Shown: positions 44,599-55,141 of the stretch, in pieces
How positions within the stretch are numbered: the stretch's first letter is position 1
How the letters are laid out: every line of letters begins with the position of its first letter
The notes under the pieces: generated by a model
Database searches by the model: none
What the model was told of the DNA's origin: nothing
Seen by the model: only the letters and a program-made list of their open reading frames with translations
Source: Candidatus Latescibacterota bacterium
GTDB lineage: Bacteria > Latescibacterota > UBA2968
Direction of reading: 5' to 3'
NCBI GenBank assembly: GCA_965220765.1
Contig: OZ244847.1
Coordinates: 2,862,066-2,926,065 of the forward strand
Length of the DNA: 64,000 bases
Program-made: the position numbers and the translations under genes

Positions 44599-45501
44599 AT
44601 GGCGCAGGATACTGTACGAGAGGTCACGACAGACACGGTTCCCCATAGAGTTCTGGGCAAGACCGGAGAGCAGGTGCCCATTCTGGGATATGGATCTGCA
44701 CCCGGTGGGATGGGGCTTTCGGATGAGGACGCCATTGCGCTTTGCCATAAGGTGATTGATCTGGGGGTGACGTATATCGATACGGCACCCGGATATGGTC
44801 GCGCGCATGTTCAACTGGGGCAGGTGATGGCGGAGCGGCGAGATGAGGTATTTTTGGTGACCAAGACAGCGGCGGATGAAGCGGAACAAGCCCTGAAGAT
44901 ATTGGAGAATGGGCTAAAGGATTTGCAGACGGATTACGTGGATCTGGTTTACGTGCATTCTATGGGCCATAGAGATGTCGATCGGGTGCTTGCTCCCGAT
45001 GGTGCGCTGGCAGGGTTGCGGGAAGCCCAGCGGCGGGGGTGGACGCGATTTGTAGGGGTTACCGCGCACAATGCGCCCTGGAGGACCGCTCGCGTGTTGC
45101 GTGAGGCGGATATAGATGTGGTGATGCTCGCCATAAATCTCGCGGACCGCTATACTTATAATTTTGAGAATGAGGTGTTGCCTCTGGCGTATGAGCGGAA
45201 TGTGGGGGTGGCGGCAATGAAGGTTTATGGCGGGGCGCAGGGGATGACTTACGAGAAACCCGCTGCTTCGGCTCTATCTGCGCATGGCCCACACGATCAT
45301 GAGGCAGCACTGCGTTACGCGCTGGGATTGCCCGGTGTTTGTACGGCCGTGATCGGCATGTTTTCGGAAGCGGAGCTTGTGCAGAATCTGGAGTGGGCAC
45401 AGCGATTTACGCCGCTGAATGCCGCGGATGGTATTGCGCTTGAGACACTTGGTCGAGAGATTGCGGCGGAATGGGGACCGCATTACGGCGCGGTGGAGTA
45501 G
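44599..45501 (+). CDS. Aldo/keto reductase
   Basis: ATG at 44599 lies 5 nt after AAGGAGG. Motifs LGKTGEQVPILGYGSA, IDTAPGYG, DYVDLVYVH and VGVTAH. The listed start at 44461 adds 46 non-homologous residues. Confidence 0.9.
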   Translation: MAQDTVREVTTDTVPHRVLGKTGEQVPILGYGSAPGGMGLSDEDAIALCHKVIDLGVTYIDTAPGYGRAHVQLGQVMAERRDEVFLVTKTAADEAEQALKILENGLKDLQTDYVDLVYVHSMGHRDVDRVLAPDGALAGLREAQRRGWTRFVGVTAHNAPWRTARVLREADIDVVMLAINLADRYTYNFENEVLPLAYERNVGVAAMKVYGGAQGMTYEKPAASALSAHGPHDHEAALRYALGLPGVCTAVIGMFSEAELVQNLEWAQRFTPLNAADGIALETLGREIAAEWGPHYGAVE

Positions 45502-45509
45502 GGCGAAAA

Positions 45510-47492
45510 ATGGCTGAAATCAAAAAGAAACGCTTCCCATCATCTGAGTTGGCCGAGGATAGCCTGCGCTGGACTGTCGTGGTGCTTTTTTCGGTCACAT
45601 TGGTTTTTGCCTGTATTGCCGCAACGTTTTTGGAGTTCGAATCCCGTTCTGCACATATGGCAATGGCGAATCTGCCTCTGGCGGTGTTGTTGCCCTTTGT
45701 GGCATGGCTTCTGGCGAATGCTTTTTTGAAGCGGTTCGCGCCCCGCCTATCTATGACTTCTGCAGAGTTGAGGCTGGCTTTGAGCATGCTCTGGGTGGGG
45801 GGATCGTTTGCGGGATATAACTGGATTACGCAGTGGGTAGGCGCGATGGCGGCGCCGAGATATTATGCGTCGCCCGAGAACCGGTGGCAGGAGTTGATTT
45901 TTGACTATTTGCCCTGGTGGATGTTTCCTTCGAATTTTCCCGGGGTGACAGAGGGATTTTTTTTGGGGCTGGAGGAGGGGGCTGCAGTGCCGTGGGGGGC
46001 GTGGATAGCGCCCATTTTTTGGGCGATGTCCGCCGGGTTGGCGATGACGGCTATTGGGCTGGGTTTGACGGCGGTGTTCCAGAAACAGTGGGTTCGGCAC
46101 GAACGGCTGACGTATCCCCTGGCACAGGTTCCTCTCGATTTGACGGAAGGATTCGACGGCAAGCGCGGCTGGCCGCCGTTTATGCGGAACTGGCTGTTCT
46201 GGGTGGGATTTGCCGTGGCTGCTCTTCCTTTGTTGTGGAATCTGATTGAGTACTGGTCCCCGGGTTTTCCCAGGCTGGCAATTTTTGATCCTTATTATGG
46301 TCCAAGAGGCCCCAGAGGCGCTGCATTGTCGCGTTATTTGTCGCCGTTCTCTTATCGGATTTTGCCCCCTGTGCTGGGGTTCACATTTTTGTGCGATCTG
46401 AATATCCTGTTTAGCATCTGGTCTTTGTGGCTGGTCGGGCAGGTGGGACTTTACGGGATGTCCAGGGTTGGATTTTCCGTGGGTTTGGCCGGGCAAGAGG
46501 CCAAACCCACTGCTATTTTGGGCCTGTTCACCCATGGCGTGAGCATGGGGCTGGCGATCTGGGCAATTTGGGTTGCTCGGGGACATCTGCGAAAGGTTTT
46601 TCAGCAGGTGTTACGCCCGCCTGTAGGCGGGGAGGCGGAAACCGCGATTTTGTCTCCCCGATTAGCCGTGTTTGGGATTCTGGGCGGCGGTATTTATATG
46701 GTTTTCTGGCTGTACAGCGCGGGTTATAGCGCGGGGATTGGCCTGGCCTGGCTGTTGCTTTTCTGGGCGAGTATTCTGGTGGTGATGAAGTTTTTGGCGG
46801 CGAGTGGGTTTGCGTATCTATTTCCGAGTTTCGGTACTTCGATTCTGGATATGACAGTGGGAGCCAGCCAGATGCAGAAATCTACGCTGGTGGGGCTTCG
46901 GCTGGTGAATTGGCGTTTGTTGGCAGGTTGGCGTTTGCCGGCAGCATTACCCCATGTGGAACGCCTGGTGAGGCCGGCAAAGCGGGTTGGTTGGGTGGTG
47001 ATTGGGAGCCTGATGCTGGGGATGCTGGCGGCAATTCTCTACACGGTTTCCATCTGCTATGAATCGGGGGGGAGTACTTTCCGGACATGGTCCTTGGTGG
47101 GCGCGCCAGTGGGGATGTACGAAGGTATTGCCAAGGCCGTTGCGGAAACCAACCCCACTGTAACCGATCCGGGAAAAATTGGTGTGTGGATTCTGGGCGG
47201 TGTGATAGCGGGTATTATTCAGGTGGTGCAGAGCCGGTTTTCCTGGTGGCCGTTTCATCCGCTGGGCGTGATGCTGATGTCGAGCGGTTATGTCCGGCTC
47301 TATGTGCTGGATATTTTTCTGGTGTGGCTGAGCAAATTGCTGGTTCTCAGTTTTGGAGGTATTTCGCTCTATCGAAAGGTTAAGCCGTGTTGTTATGGGT
47401 TGATTGTGGGGTATGTGTTCGCTGTGGGATGTTCTTTTTTGATTGATTTGATCTGGTTTCCAGAAGGCGGGCATTATATCCACGGGTATTAG
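45510..47492 (+). CDS. Large polytopic integral membrane protein of unknown function (about 660 aa)
   Basis: At least 14 hydrophobic segments rich in W, G and L. It starts 8 nt after the AKR stop. I can name no family from motifs. Confidence 0.75.
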   Translation: MAEIKKKRFPSSELAEDSLRWTVVVLFSVTLVFACIAATFLEFESRSAHMAMANLPLAVLLPFVAWLLANAFLKRFAPRLSMTSAELRLALSMLWVGGSFAGYNWITQWVGAMAAPRYYASPENRWQELIFDYLPWWMFPSNFPGVTEGFFLGLEEGAAVPWGAWIAPIFWAMSAGLAMTAIGLGLTAVFQKQWVRHERLTYPLAQVPLDLTEGFDGKRGWPPFMRNWLFWVGFAVAALPLLWNLIEYWSPGFPRLAIFDPYYGPRGPRGAALSRYLSPFSYRILPPVLGFTFLCDLNILFSIWSLWLVGQVGLYGMSRVGFSVGLAGQEAKPTAILGLFTHGVSMGLAIWAIWVARGHLRKVFQQVLRPPVGGEAETAILSPRLAVFGILGGGIYMVFWLYSAGYSAGIGLAWLLLFWASILVVMKFLAASGFAYLFPSFGTSILDMTVGASQMQKSTLVGLRLVNWRLLAGWRLPAALPHVERLVRPAKRVGWVVIGSLMLGMLAAILYTVSICYESGGSTFRTWSLVGAPVGMYEGIAKAVAETNPTVTDPGKIGVWILGGVIAGIIQVVQSRFSWWPFHPLGVMLMSSGYVRLYVLDIFLVWLSKLLVLSFGGISLYRKVKPCCYGLIVGYVFAVGCSFLIDLIWFPEGGHYIHGY

Positions 47493-47496
47493 GGAG

Positions 47497-49596
47497 TCAC
47501 TCACGAGAGAGGTGTGGCAGATAACCTTGTTGCTGGAGTATTTGAATCAGGGATTCGGGGTTTGCCGCATTGTTGAGGCTCGCAGTGGTTGGAGAAATGC
47601 GGTCGTCCAGTGCCTGGGCAATGCGGGGTTGGGCGTAGAGTTCGTCGAGCAATTCTCGCGTGGCGGTTTTGACACGTCCGGTGGCTGGAATAATTTCGAT
47701 CTCGCCGTATTTGTCGTCACATTCTGCAATTAAAGTATCGACCATGTCGGGCAGGCCACTCGCGCTGTGTTGCGTCAAAAATGTGCGTATCTCGTCCCCT
47801 GACAAACCGTGTGCAAATGCGCGGAGGATCGAGTCGCGCGAGAGATGGAAACACGCCATCACATCCTGTGTTTTGAGGTCGCTGAGGATGCACAGTCTGA
47901 GATAGTGCGCGCAGGGGAGATCTGGTGGGGATAGGACTTCAAAATTGGGCTGTACAACAAATTTTGCCTCTGAATTTTGCTGGGGTATTTGTTCTGTTAG
48001 TGCATCGTCATCGGTGTCGTGCAATAGCGCGTAGCCCGCAGGGGTGATCTGAAAGACCGCCCTTTTGCTGTGTTGCAATGGCATGGAGAAATTGGGGAAG
48101 TTGCCCACGCGAACAACGCCCATATAGGTGAGCGCACCTGTGATGGTGCGGCGCAGCAATTCATCGGCGGTGGTTCCGGTATGGGATGGGTCTTTGACGA
48201 AATGCCGAAAAGGTTCTGAAAGTCGCGTCAGAAATTGATAATACGCTGGGTATTTTATCCATGTGTCGGTGGGACAGTGCCGAAGACTTCGCACGATTTC
48301 ACTGCGGATATTTTTTAGTACTTGCATTCGGGCACTGGTGGCTTTGGTGCGGTCGGAAGACCACTCATTCCACCGCTCGCTGTGAGACCAAAATTCAAAG
48401 CACGCCTTGCGCGTGTCGATGATTTGCCCTATCCGGGTGCCGGCGCCCGGGACGGTATGCCAGGCTGCATCATGGGGTTTTATCAGTCCTGTGGTTTCGG
48501 CAAAGAGTGTGAGAAATTCAATATAGCCCGGATCGTCCTGGATATGGCAGTATTTGTTCGCGTCGCGCAAATCGCTTTTGGATATGCCGCCGTGTTTGAG
48601 TTTGCGAGGCAAGCGTTGCGCAATAATGCCGAGCAATGTGGTCAGATCCCGGATGAGAAAGGCGGTATTTTCGCGTATCGCGGTGGGAGCGGCGTCGGAG
48701 GTTTCGAGGAGGGTTTCGATACTGCTTTCGAGTTGTCCCCCCTGGGATTGGGCGATTTTGGATAGGGCAGCGCGCAGATCTGAAGCGAGATATATCGCCG
48801 CGTTGGGGGCGTGAAGATCGCGGTTCGGCGCGTAAAAGATCGGCATTTTCCAGAGCATGTCTTCCAATTCGCGGACTGCGGATTCCCCCAATTTGTCGGC
48901 GACTTCACTACGTGTGATTGCGTTGGCAGGGAGGAATAAATCGAAGATGGCGCGGCGGTCTTCGCTGAGTGTGTTGAGGTAGGCGTGTAGCGTTTTTATA
49001 TCGAGCAGGGCATCTCTTATGGCGTTGGATACCATGGGTTTGCGCGTGTCTAAAAGGTTCAGGTCAATCTGATCTGCAAAAGCGCGGAGCAAACCCACAG
49101 AGACGGGTTTCATGATGGCGAGCAATCGGCCCTGATCTGCGTCGGGGATGGGGATAGATTTGAGTAGCGATTCGGGAATGCCAATCAGGACACACGAATC
49201 GTCCAGTGTGTGTGCGTCTCGAAATACGAGGCCGGTCAGATCACTGATTTGTGCATGGAGACGGGGAAGAAATCCGTTGGCAAATTTTTCAACAACTTCG
49301 CTTTCTAAAAGCTCGCCTCCCTCGGCGGCGAGGGTCTGTACCATCGCGCGCTGTTCAGGCGATAGGGCACAGAGGCACCTGGCCACGTGGTCGGGATCGG
49401 GAAGTACGCGGCAGAGCGCGTCGGCGAGGCCGGTTTTGTTGCTGCCACCGGGATCAATACCCACGTCGCGGGCGAGTTGACAGAGCGTGCTGAAGGGATA
49501 TTGTGTGAGTACGGCGCGTAGCTTCATAATGGAAAGTTGTGAATTGTGGGGAGATAGGACCGGCTTATTTGTCTGTTTTGATGTGCATTGATGCAA
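47497..49596 (-). CDS. Helicase-associated protein with p52/Tfb2-like C-terminal domain (probable XPB partner)
   Basis: The C-terminal segment VQPNFEVL...LSRDSILRAFAHGLSGDEIRTFLTQHSASGLPDMVDTLIAECDDKYGEIEI resembles the p52/Tfb2 C-terminus and the bacterial helicase-associated (Helicase_C_3-type) domain. The listed start is TTG; an ATG at 49527 (MKLRAVL) is an alternative. Confidence 0.65.
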   Translation of the reverse strand: MHQCTSKQTNKPVLSPHNSQLSIMKLRAVLTQYPFSTLCQLARDVGIDPGGSNKTGLADALCRVLPDPDHVARCLCALSPEQRAMVQTLAAEGGELLESEVVEKFANGFLPRLHAQISDLTGLVFRDAHTLDDSCVLIGIPESLLKSIPIPDADQGRLLAIMKPVSVGLLRAFADQIDLNLLDTRKPMVSNAIRDALLDIKTLHAYLNTLSEDRRAIFDLFLPANAITRSEVADKLGESAVRELEDMLWKMPIFYAPNRDLHAPNAAIYLASDLRAALSKIAQSQGGQLESSIETLLETSDAAPTAIRENTAFLIRDLTTLLGIIAQRLPRKLKHGGISKSDLRDANKYCHIQDDPGYIEFLTLFAETTGLIKPHDAAWHTVPGAGTRIGQIIDTRKACFEFWSHSERWNEWSSDRTKATSARMQVLKNIRSEIVRSLRHCPTDTWIKYPAYYQFLTRLSEPFRHFVKDPSHTGTTADELLRRTITGALTYMGVVRVGNFPNFSMPLQHSKRAVFQITPAGYALLHDTDDDALTEQIPQQNSEAKFVVQPNFEVLSPPDLPCAHYLRLCILSDLKTQDVMACFHLSRDSILRAFAHGLSGDEIRTFLTQHSASGLPDMVDTLIAECDDKYGEIEIIPATGRVKTATRELLDELYAQPRIAQALDDRISPTTASLNNAANPESLIQILQQQGYLPHLSRE

Positions 49597-49618
49597 TGCG
49601 ATTGATTGTCAGGTCAAA

Positions 49619-49915
49619 TTAGGCAGGTGGCTTTATACAGAACCGGTAGTTGGCGATATCTTCTCTGGTCGCCAGACGCGCCTGAGATGGTGATACGGTG
49701 GCAATGGCAATAGTACTACCACTATCTGGATCGAGAAACTCTACATCAAAGGCTTCTCCATTACCCTGTATATACACAATCGTGCCGACATCACCGGCTT
49801 TCAACCCTGCCCTCGGATTGCCGTTCTCAATCAATGCGCTAGAGGGGGGAATATCCCAGATGTGACCGAGTGGAATTTCAGACGTAAGCACTATGACGTC
49901 TAATTCTTTGAACAT
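49619..49915 (-). CDS. DUF4926-family small protein
   Basis: The pattern LDVIVLTSEIP...GLKAGDVGTIVYIQGNGEAFDVEFLDPDSGSTIAIATVSPSQ matches the DUF4926 pattern as I recall it. Confidence 0.7.
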   Translation of the reverse strand: MFKELDVIVLTSEIPLGHIWDIPPSSALIENGNPRAGLKAGDVGTIVYIQGNGEAFDVEFLDPDSGSTIAIATVSPSQARLATREDIANYRFCIKPPA

Positions 49916-49924
49916 ATTCGCCTC

Positions 49925-50149
49925 CTAACCGGCCGGGTACGCCGTAACAAACCTGGGGTAGTCGCTTTCCTTGTCAATTTGCCAGATAGTCCTCACGTAT
50001 GGGTTGCGTCCATCGGGAGTCTCAAGCAGTCCATCTATAATATACTTTGTGCCGTAGTTGGTTTCGATAATCCTGATAACTTGATGACTCGCGCCATGAA
50101 TTCGCAATGCGTCTGCAAGGTTCTGCCATTGCGCTATGCGATGCTTTGG
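49925..50149 (-). pseudogene. DUF6883-family gene, 5'-truncated or degraded
   Basis: Only the C-terminal half of the family pattern is present (IAQWQNLADAL...NYGTKYIIDGLLETPDGRNPYVRTIWQIDKESDYPRFVTAYP). There is no ATG. An in-frame TAG lies at 50150-50152. An out-of-frame FFDSQSIA remnant sits just upstream. Confidence 0.6.
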
Positions 50150-50194
50150 CTATCAAAAAATTAAGACACTCGCAAACGCAAGTGCCTAAAAAAG

Positions 50195-50267
50195 TGGAGC
50201 CGAGCGGGATCGAACCGCCGACCTTTTGACTGCCAGTCAAACGCTCTCCCAGTTGAGCTACGGCCCC
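50195..50267 (-). tRNA. tRNA-Ala: tRNA-Ala (anticodon GGC)
   Basis: Reverse complement: GGGGCCGTAGCTCAACTGGGAGAGCGTTTGACTGGCAGTCAAAAGGTCGGCGGTTCGATCCCGCTCGGCTCCA. The 7-bp acceptor stem carries G3:U70. The anticodon stem is TTTGA/TCAAA and the loop is CTGGCAG. The T-loop is TTCGATC. CCA is not encoded. Confidence 0.95.
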
Positions 50268-50320
50268 ACATTTGTATGTAGTCAAGAGTAACAAAATGGG
50301 ATGGGTCTGTCAAGCAAAAA

Positions 50321-50368
50321 GCCGATCGCGGATTTTACGGATTACACAGATTGCGCGGATTAAACCCA
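50321..50368. repeat. Intergenic CGGATT-type repeat element (copy B)
   Basis: GCCGATCGCGGATTTTACGGATTACACAGATTGCGCGGATTAAACCCA lies between the ligA stop and the tRNA 5' end. It contains three (G/A)CGGATT units and shares words with 25704-25760. Confidence 0.5.
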
Positions 50369-50376
50369 TTAAGGGA

Positions 50377-52606
<2,230 letters not shown>

Positions 52607-52614
52607 GTTAGTTC

Positions 52615-53442
52615 TTAGGCAAAAAGAAAAGCGGCGAGTCCAAGTAGCATTCCCGCTTTGAGTAGTTTGTTCAGGTATCCGAGCGCGCCTTTTTGCCAGA
52701 GGCGGATGAGGACGAATATGAGCAAAAGATTGAGGAGGACGATCAGGCAGAGATAAATTGAGCTGTACATGCCCAGGAGTGCTGGCAATGGGGTTGCGAT
52801 GATGAGGATTGTAAAGATGGCGGTGATCAGGATGCGCGCGATGTTTTCGCCCCAGGAGATGGGTACGGTGCCACCGGATAACTGGCGGTCGCCCGCGCTA
52901 TCTTCGAGGTCTTTGAGGAGTTCGCGGCCCAGGTGAAATAGAAAGGCAAAGCCCGCAATGAGATAGGGGGCAGATATGACCTGGACGGCTGCGCCGCCAT
53001 AGAGAAATGCCAGGCCGCCGAGCGCACTTACTGTGAGGTTGCCGATGAGAGGTACGCGTTTGAGATAGGTATTGTAAAGGATCAGGCACGCGATGGCAAT
53101 GAGGGCAATGGCGAGGGCAGGCATTGGTAGGGGAAGAGCGAGGAGAATGCCCGCGAGGAGGAAAATTCCCATTTCTACGCGGGCGATGCCGGGGGATAAA
53201 CGCCCCGAGGGGAGTGGCCGGTGCGGTTTGTTTATGCGGTCTTCGATGATGCCACACAGGTCATTGAGCGCGTTGCCCCCTGCGGTGATGAGGGCGGCGG
53301 ATAGCGCGGCAAAAAGCAGGGGTTCAGGGATCCTGTGAATCCCCAGCCAGCCTCCGAGGAGTACTGAGGCAAAAGTAATGAGACAATTGACAGGGCGAGG
53401 CAGTTCAATCGCAGCGTAAAATCTGGTCTTGCGGAAGGCCAT
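52615..53442 (-). CDS. UbiA-family prenyltransferase (DGGGP-synthase-like short form)
   Basis: First Asp-rich motif NALNDLCGIIEDRINKPHRPLPSG. A second region is LKDLEDSAGD. The segment YLKRVPLIGNLTVSALGGLAFLYGG is present. About 8 TM segments; 275 aa. Confidence 0.85.
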   Translation of the reverse strand: MAFRKTRFYAAIELPRPVNCLITFASVLLGGWLGIHRIPEPLLFAALSAALITAGGNALNDLCGIIEDRINKPHRPLPSGRLSPGIARVEMGIFLLAGILLALPLPMPALAIALIAIACLILYNTYLKRVPLIGNLTVSALGGLAFLYGGAAVQVISAPYLIAGFAFLFHLGRELLKDLEDSAGDRQLSGGTVPISWGENIARILITAIFTILIIATPLPALLGMYSSIYLCLIVLLNLLLIFVLIRLWQKGALGYLNKLLKAGMLLGLAAFLFA

Positions 53443-53447
53443 GTTTT

Positions 53448-55136
53448 TCAGGCCTCATCAAAGACATCGTCTGCGTCTCGAATGGTGTAGCGATAGCCCT
53501 GTTCGGTGAGGAAGGTCTGGCGGTTTCGGGCAAATTCTTGTTCGCGGGTGTCGCGCGTGACGAGGGTGTAAAAATGAGCCAGGCTGCCGTCGGATTTGGG
53601 GCGCAATATGCGGCCGAGGCGCTGGGCTTCTTCCTGGCGCGAGCCGTAAGTGCCAGAAATCTGAATGGCGACGCTGGCATCGGGCAGATCGACGGCAAAG
53701 TTGGCGACTTTGGATACGACAAGGATCTTGATTTTACCCTTTCGAAATGCTTCGTAGAGATGGTCGCGGTCTTCGCTGGGGGTTTTGCCCATTATTAACG
53801 GGGCGTCGAGTTCTCGTGCAATATATTCGACCTGACGGATGTATTGCCCAATGACGAGGATTTGGTCGCCCTTGTGTTTTTTGAGCAGGTGCTTGACCAT
53901 GTGGGTTTTGTCGGTATTTTCCGATGCGATACGGAATTTGGCGCGTCTATCTGCTATGGCATAGCTGAGCCGCTTGCTCTGGGGTAATGGCAGGCGAATT
54001 TCACAGCATTCTGCGGTTGCTATCCAGCCGCTGGATTCAAGCTCGCGCCAGGGCACGTCGTAGCGCTTGGGCCCGATGAGCGAAAAGACATCGGTTTCGA
54101 GGCCATCTTCGCGCACGAGGGTGGCTGTGAGACCCAGACGACGTCGGGATTGCAATTCGGCGGTAAAGCGAAATACGGGTGCGGGAAGCAGGTGAACTTC
54201 ATCGTAAATAATGAGCCCCCAATTACCCTGATTAAAAATGCCGAAGTGGGGGAAATCTTCCTCCCGGCTTTTGCGATAGGTCAAGATATTGTAGGTGGCA
54301 ATGGTAACGGGCCGGATTTCTTTGCGCTCTCCGGAATATTCGCCTATCTGGTCGTCGGAGAGACTCGTTTTGTCGATGAGTTCTGCTTTCCACTGGCGCG
54401 ACGCCGTGATATTGGTGGTCAGGATCAGGGTTTCGCACTGGAGGGTATTCATCGCAGCCATGCCCACAATGGTTTTGCCCGCGCCGCAGGGCAAAACTAC
54501 CGTGCCGCTTCCGCCATCTGGACCTCCGCCCGCGTGAAATATATCGACGGCTTCGCGCTGATAGTCGCGCAATGCAAAGGGATTGCCCGACAGGGCAATC
54601 TGACGATGTCGAAATTTGAGCGTTCTACCTTTGAGGTATCCCGCGCGATCTTTGACCGGGAATCCGATGCGCGTGAGAGCCTGTTTGAGGTGTCCTCGAT
54701 AGAGGGGTAAAATACTAATGTGGTGGGCATCGATTCGCTTTTCAATATAGGGCTGGACGGTTTTGTGGCGGCAAATTTCAAGGATGATTAGCGGGTCATT
54801 GGAAGACAGGATGAGCGCGTCGTCTTCTCTGTCGAGATAGACTTTGCCATAGCGGCTCATTGCCTCGCGGATTTCAACGCTTACATTCTGGGGAATATCG
54901 TATTTGCCGTAGGTTTCGAGAGCGGCGATGATTTCTTCGGTGGTGACGCCCGCTGCGGCTGCATTCCAGAGCGAGAGGGGGTTGATGCGGTACGTGTGTA
55001 TGTGCTCGGGGCTTTTTTCTAATTCGGCAAAGCGCACGAGCCGATCTCGCGCCGCTTCGTATTTGGGCGAATTGACTTCGACGAGAACCGTGAGGTCGCT
55101 CTGGATGATGAGAGGATTTTCGGGGTTGTAGTTCAT
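53448..55136 (-). CDS. XPB/ERCC3/Rad25-type SF2 DNA helicase
   Basis: Start at MNYNPENPLIIQSD (55136). The N-terminal damage-recognition-like domain is followed by LRDYQ, Walker A PCGAGKT, a DEVH box (YDEVHLLP), a RED motif (LVREDGL) and a helicase C-terminal domain. Confidence 0.9.
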   Translation of the reverse strand: MNYNPENPLIIQSDLTVLVEVNSPKYEAARDRLVRFAELEKSPEHIHTYRINPLSLWNAAAAGVTTEEIIAALETYGKYDIPQNVSVEIREAMSRYGKVYLDREDDALILSSNDPLIILEICRHKTVQPYIEKRIDAHHISILPLYRGHLKQALTRIGFPVKDRAGYLKGRTLKFRHRQIALSGNPFALRDYQREAVDIFHAGGGPDGGSGTVVLPCGAGKTIVGMAAMNTLQCETLILTTNITASRQWKAELIDKTSLSDDQIGEYSGERKEIRPVTIATYNILTYRKSREEDFPHFGIFNQGNWGLIIYDEVHLLPAPVFRFTAELQSRRRLGLTATLVREDGLETDVFSLIGPKRYDVPWRELESSGWIATAECCEIRLPLPQSKRLSYAIADRRAKFRIASENTDKTHMVKHLLKKHKGDQILVIGQYIRQVEYIARELDAPLIMGKTPSEDRDHLYEAFRKGKIKILVVSKVANFAVDLPDASVAIQISGTYGSRQEEAQRLGRILRPKSDGSLAHFYTLVTRDTREQEFARNRQTFLTEQGYRYTIRDADDVFDEA

Positions 55137-55141
55137 ATTTT

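Noticed and set aside
47497-50194. The region downstream of tRNA-Ala as a bona fide integrated genomic island or prophage.
   Set aside because: There is no integrase or recombinase gene. I could not find by eye any direct repeat of the tRNA 3' half within the window. The flanking genes (p52-like, membrane protein, AKR) look like ordinary chromosomal genes. Only the small decayed pair is reported.
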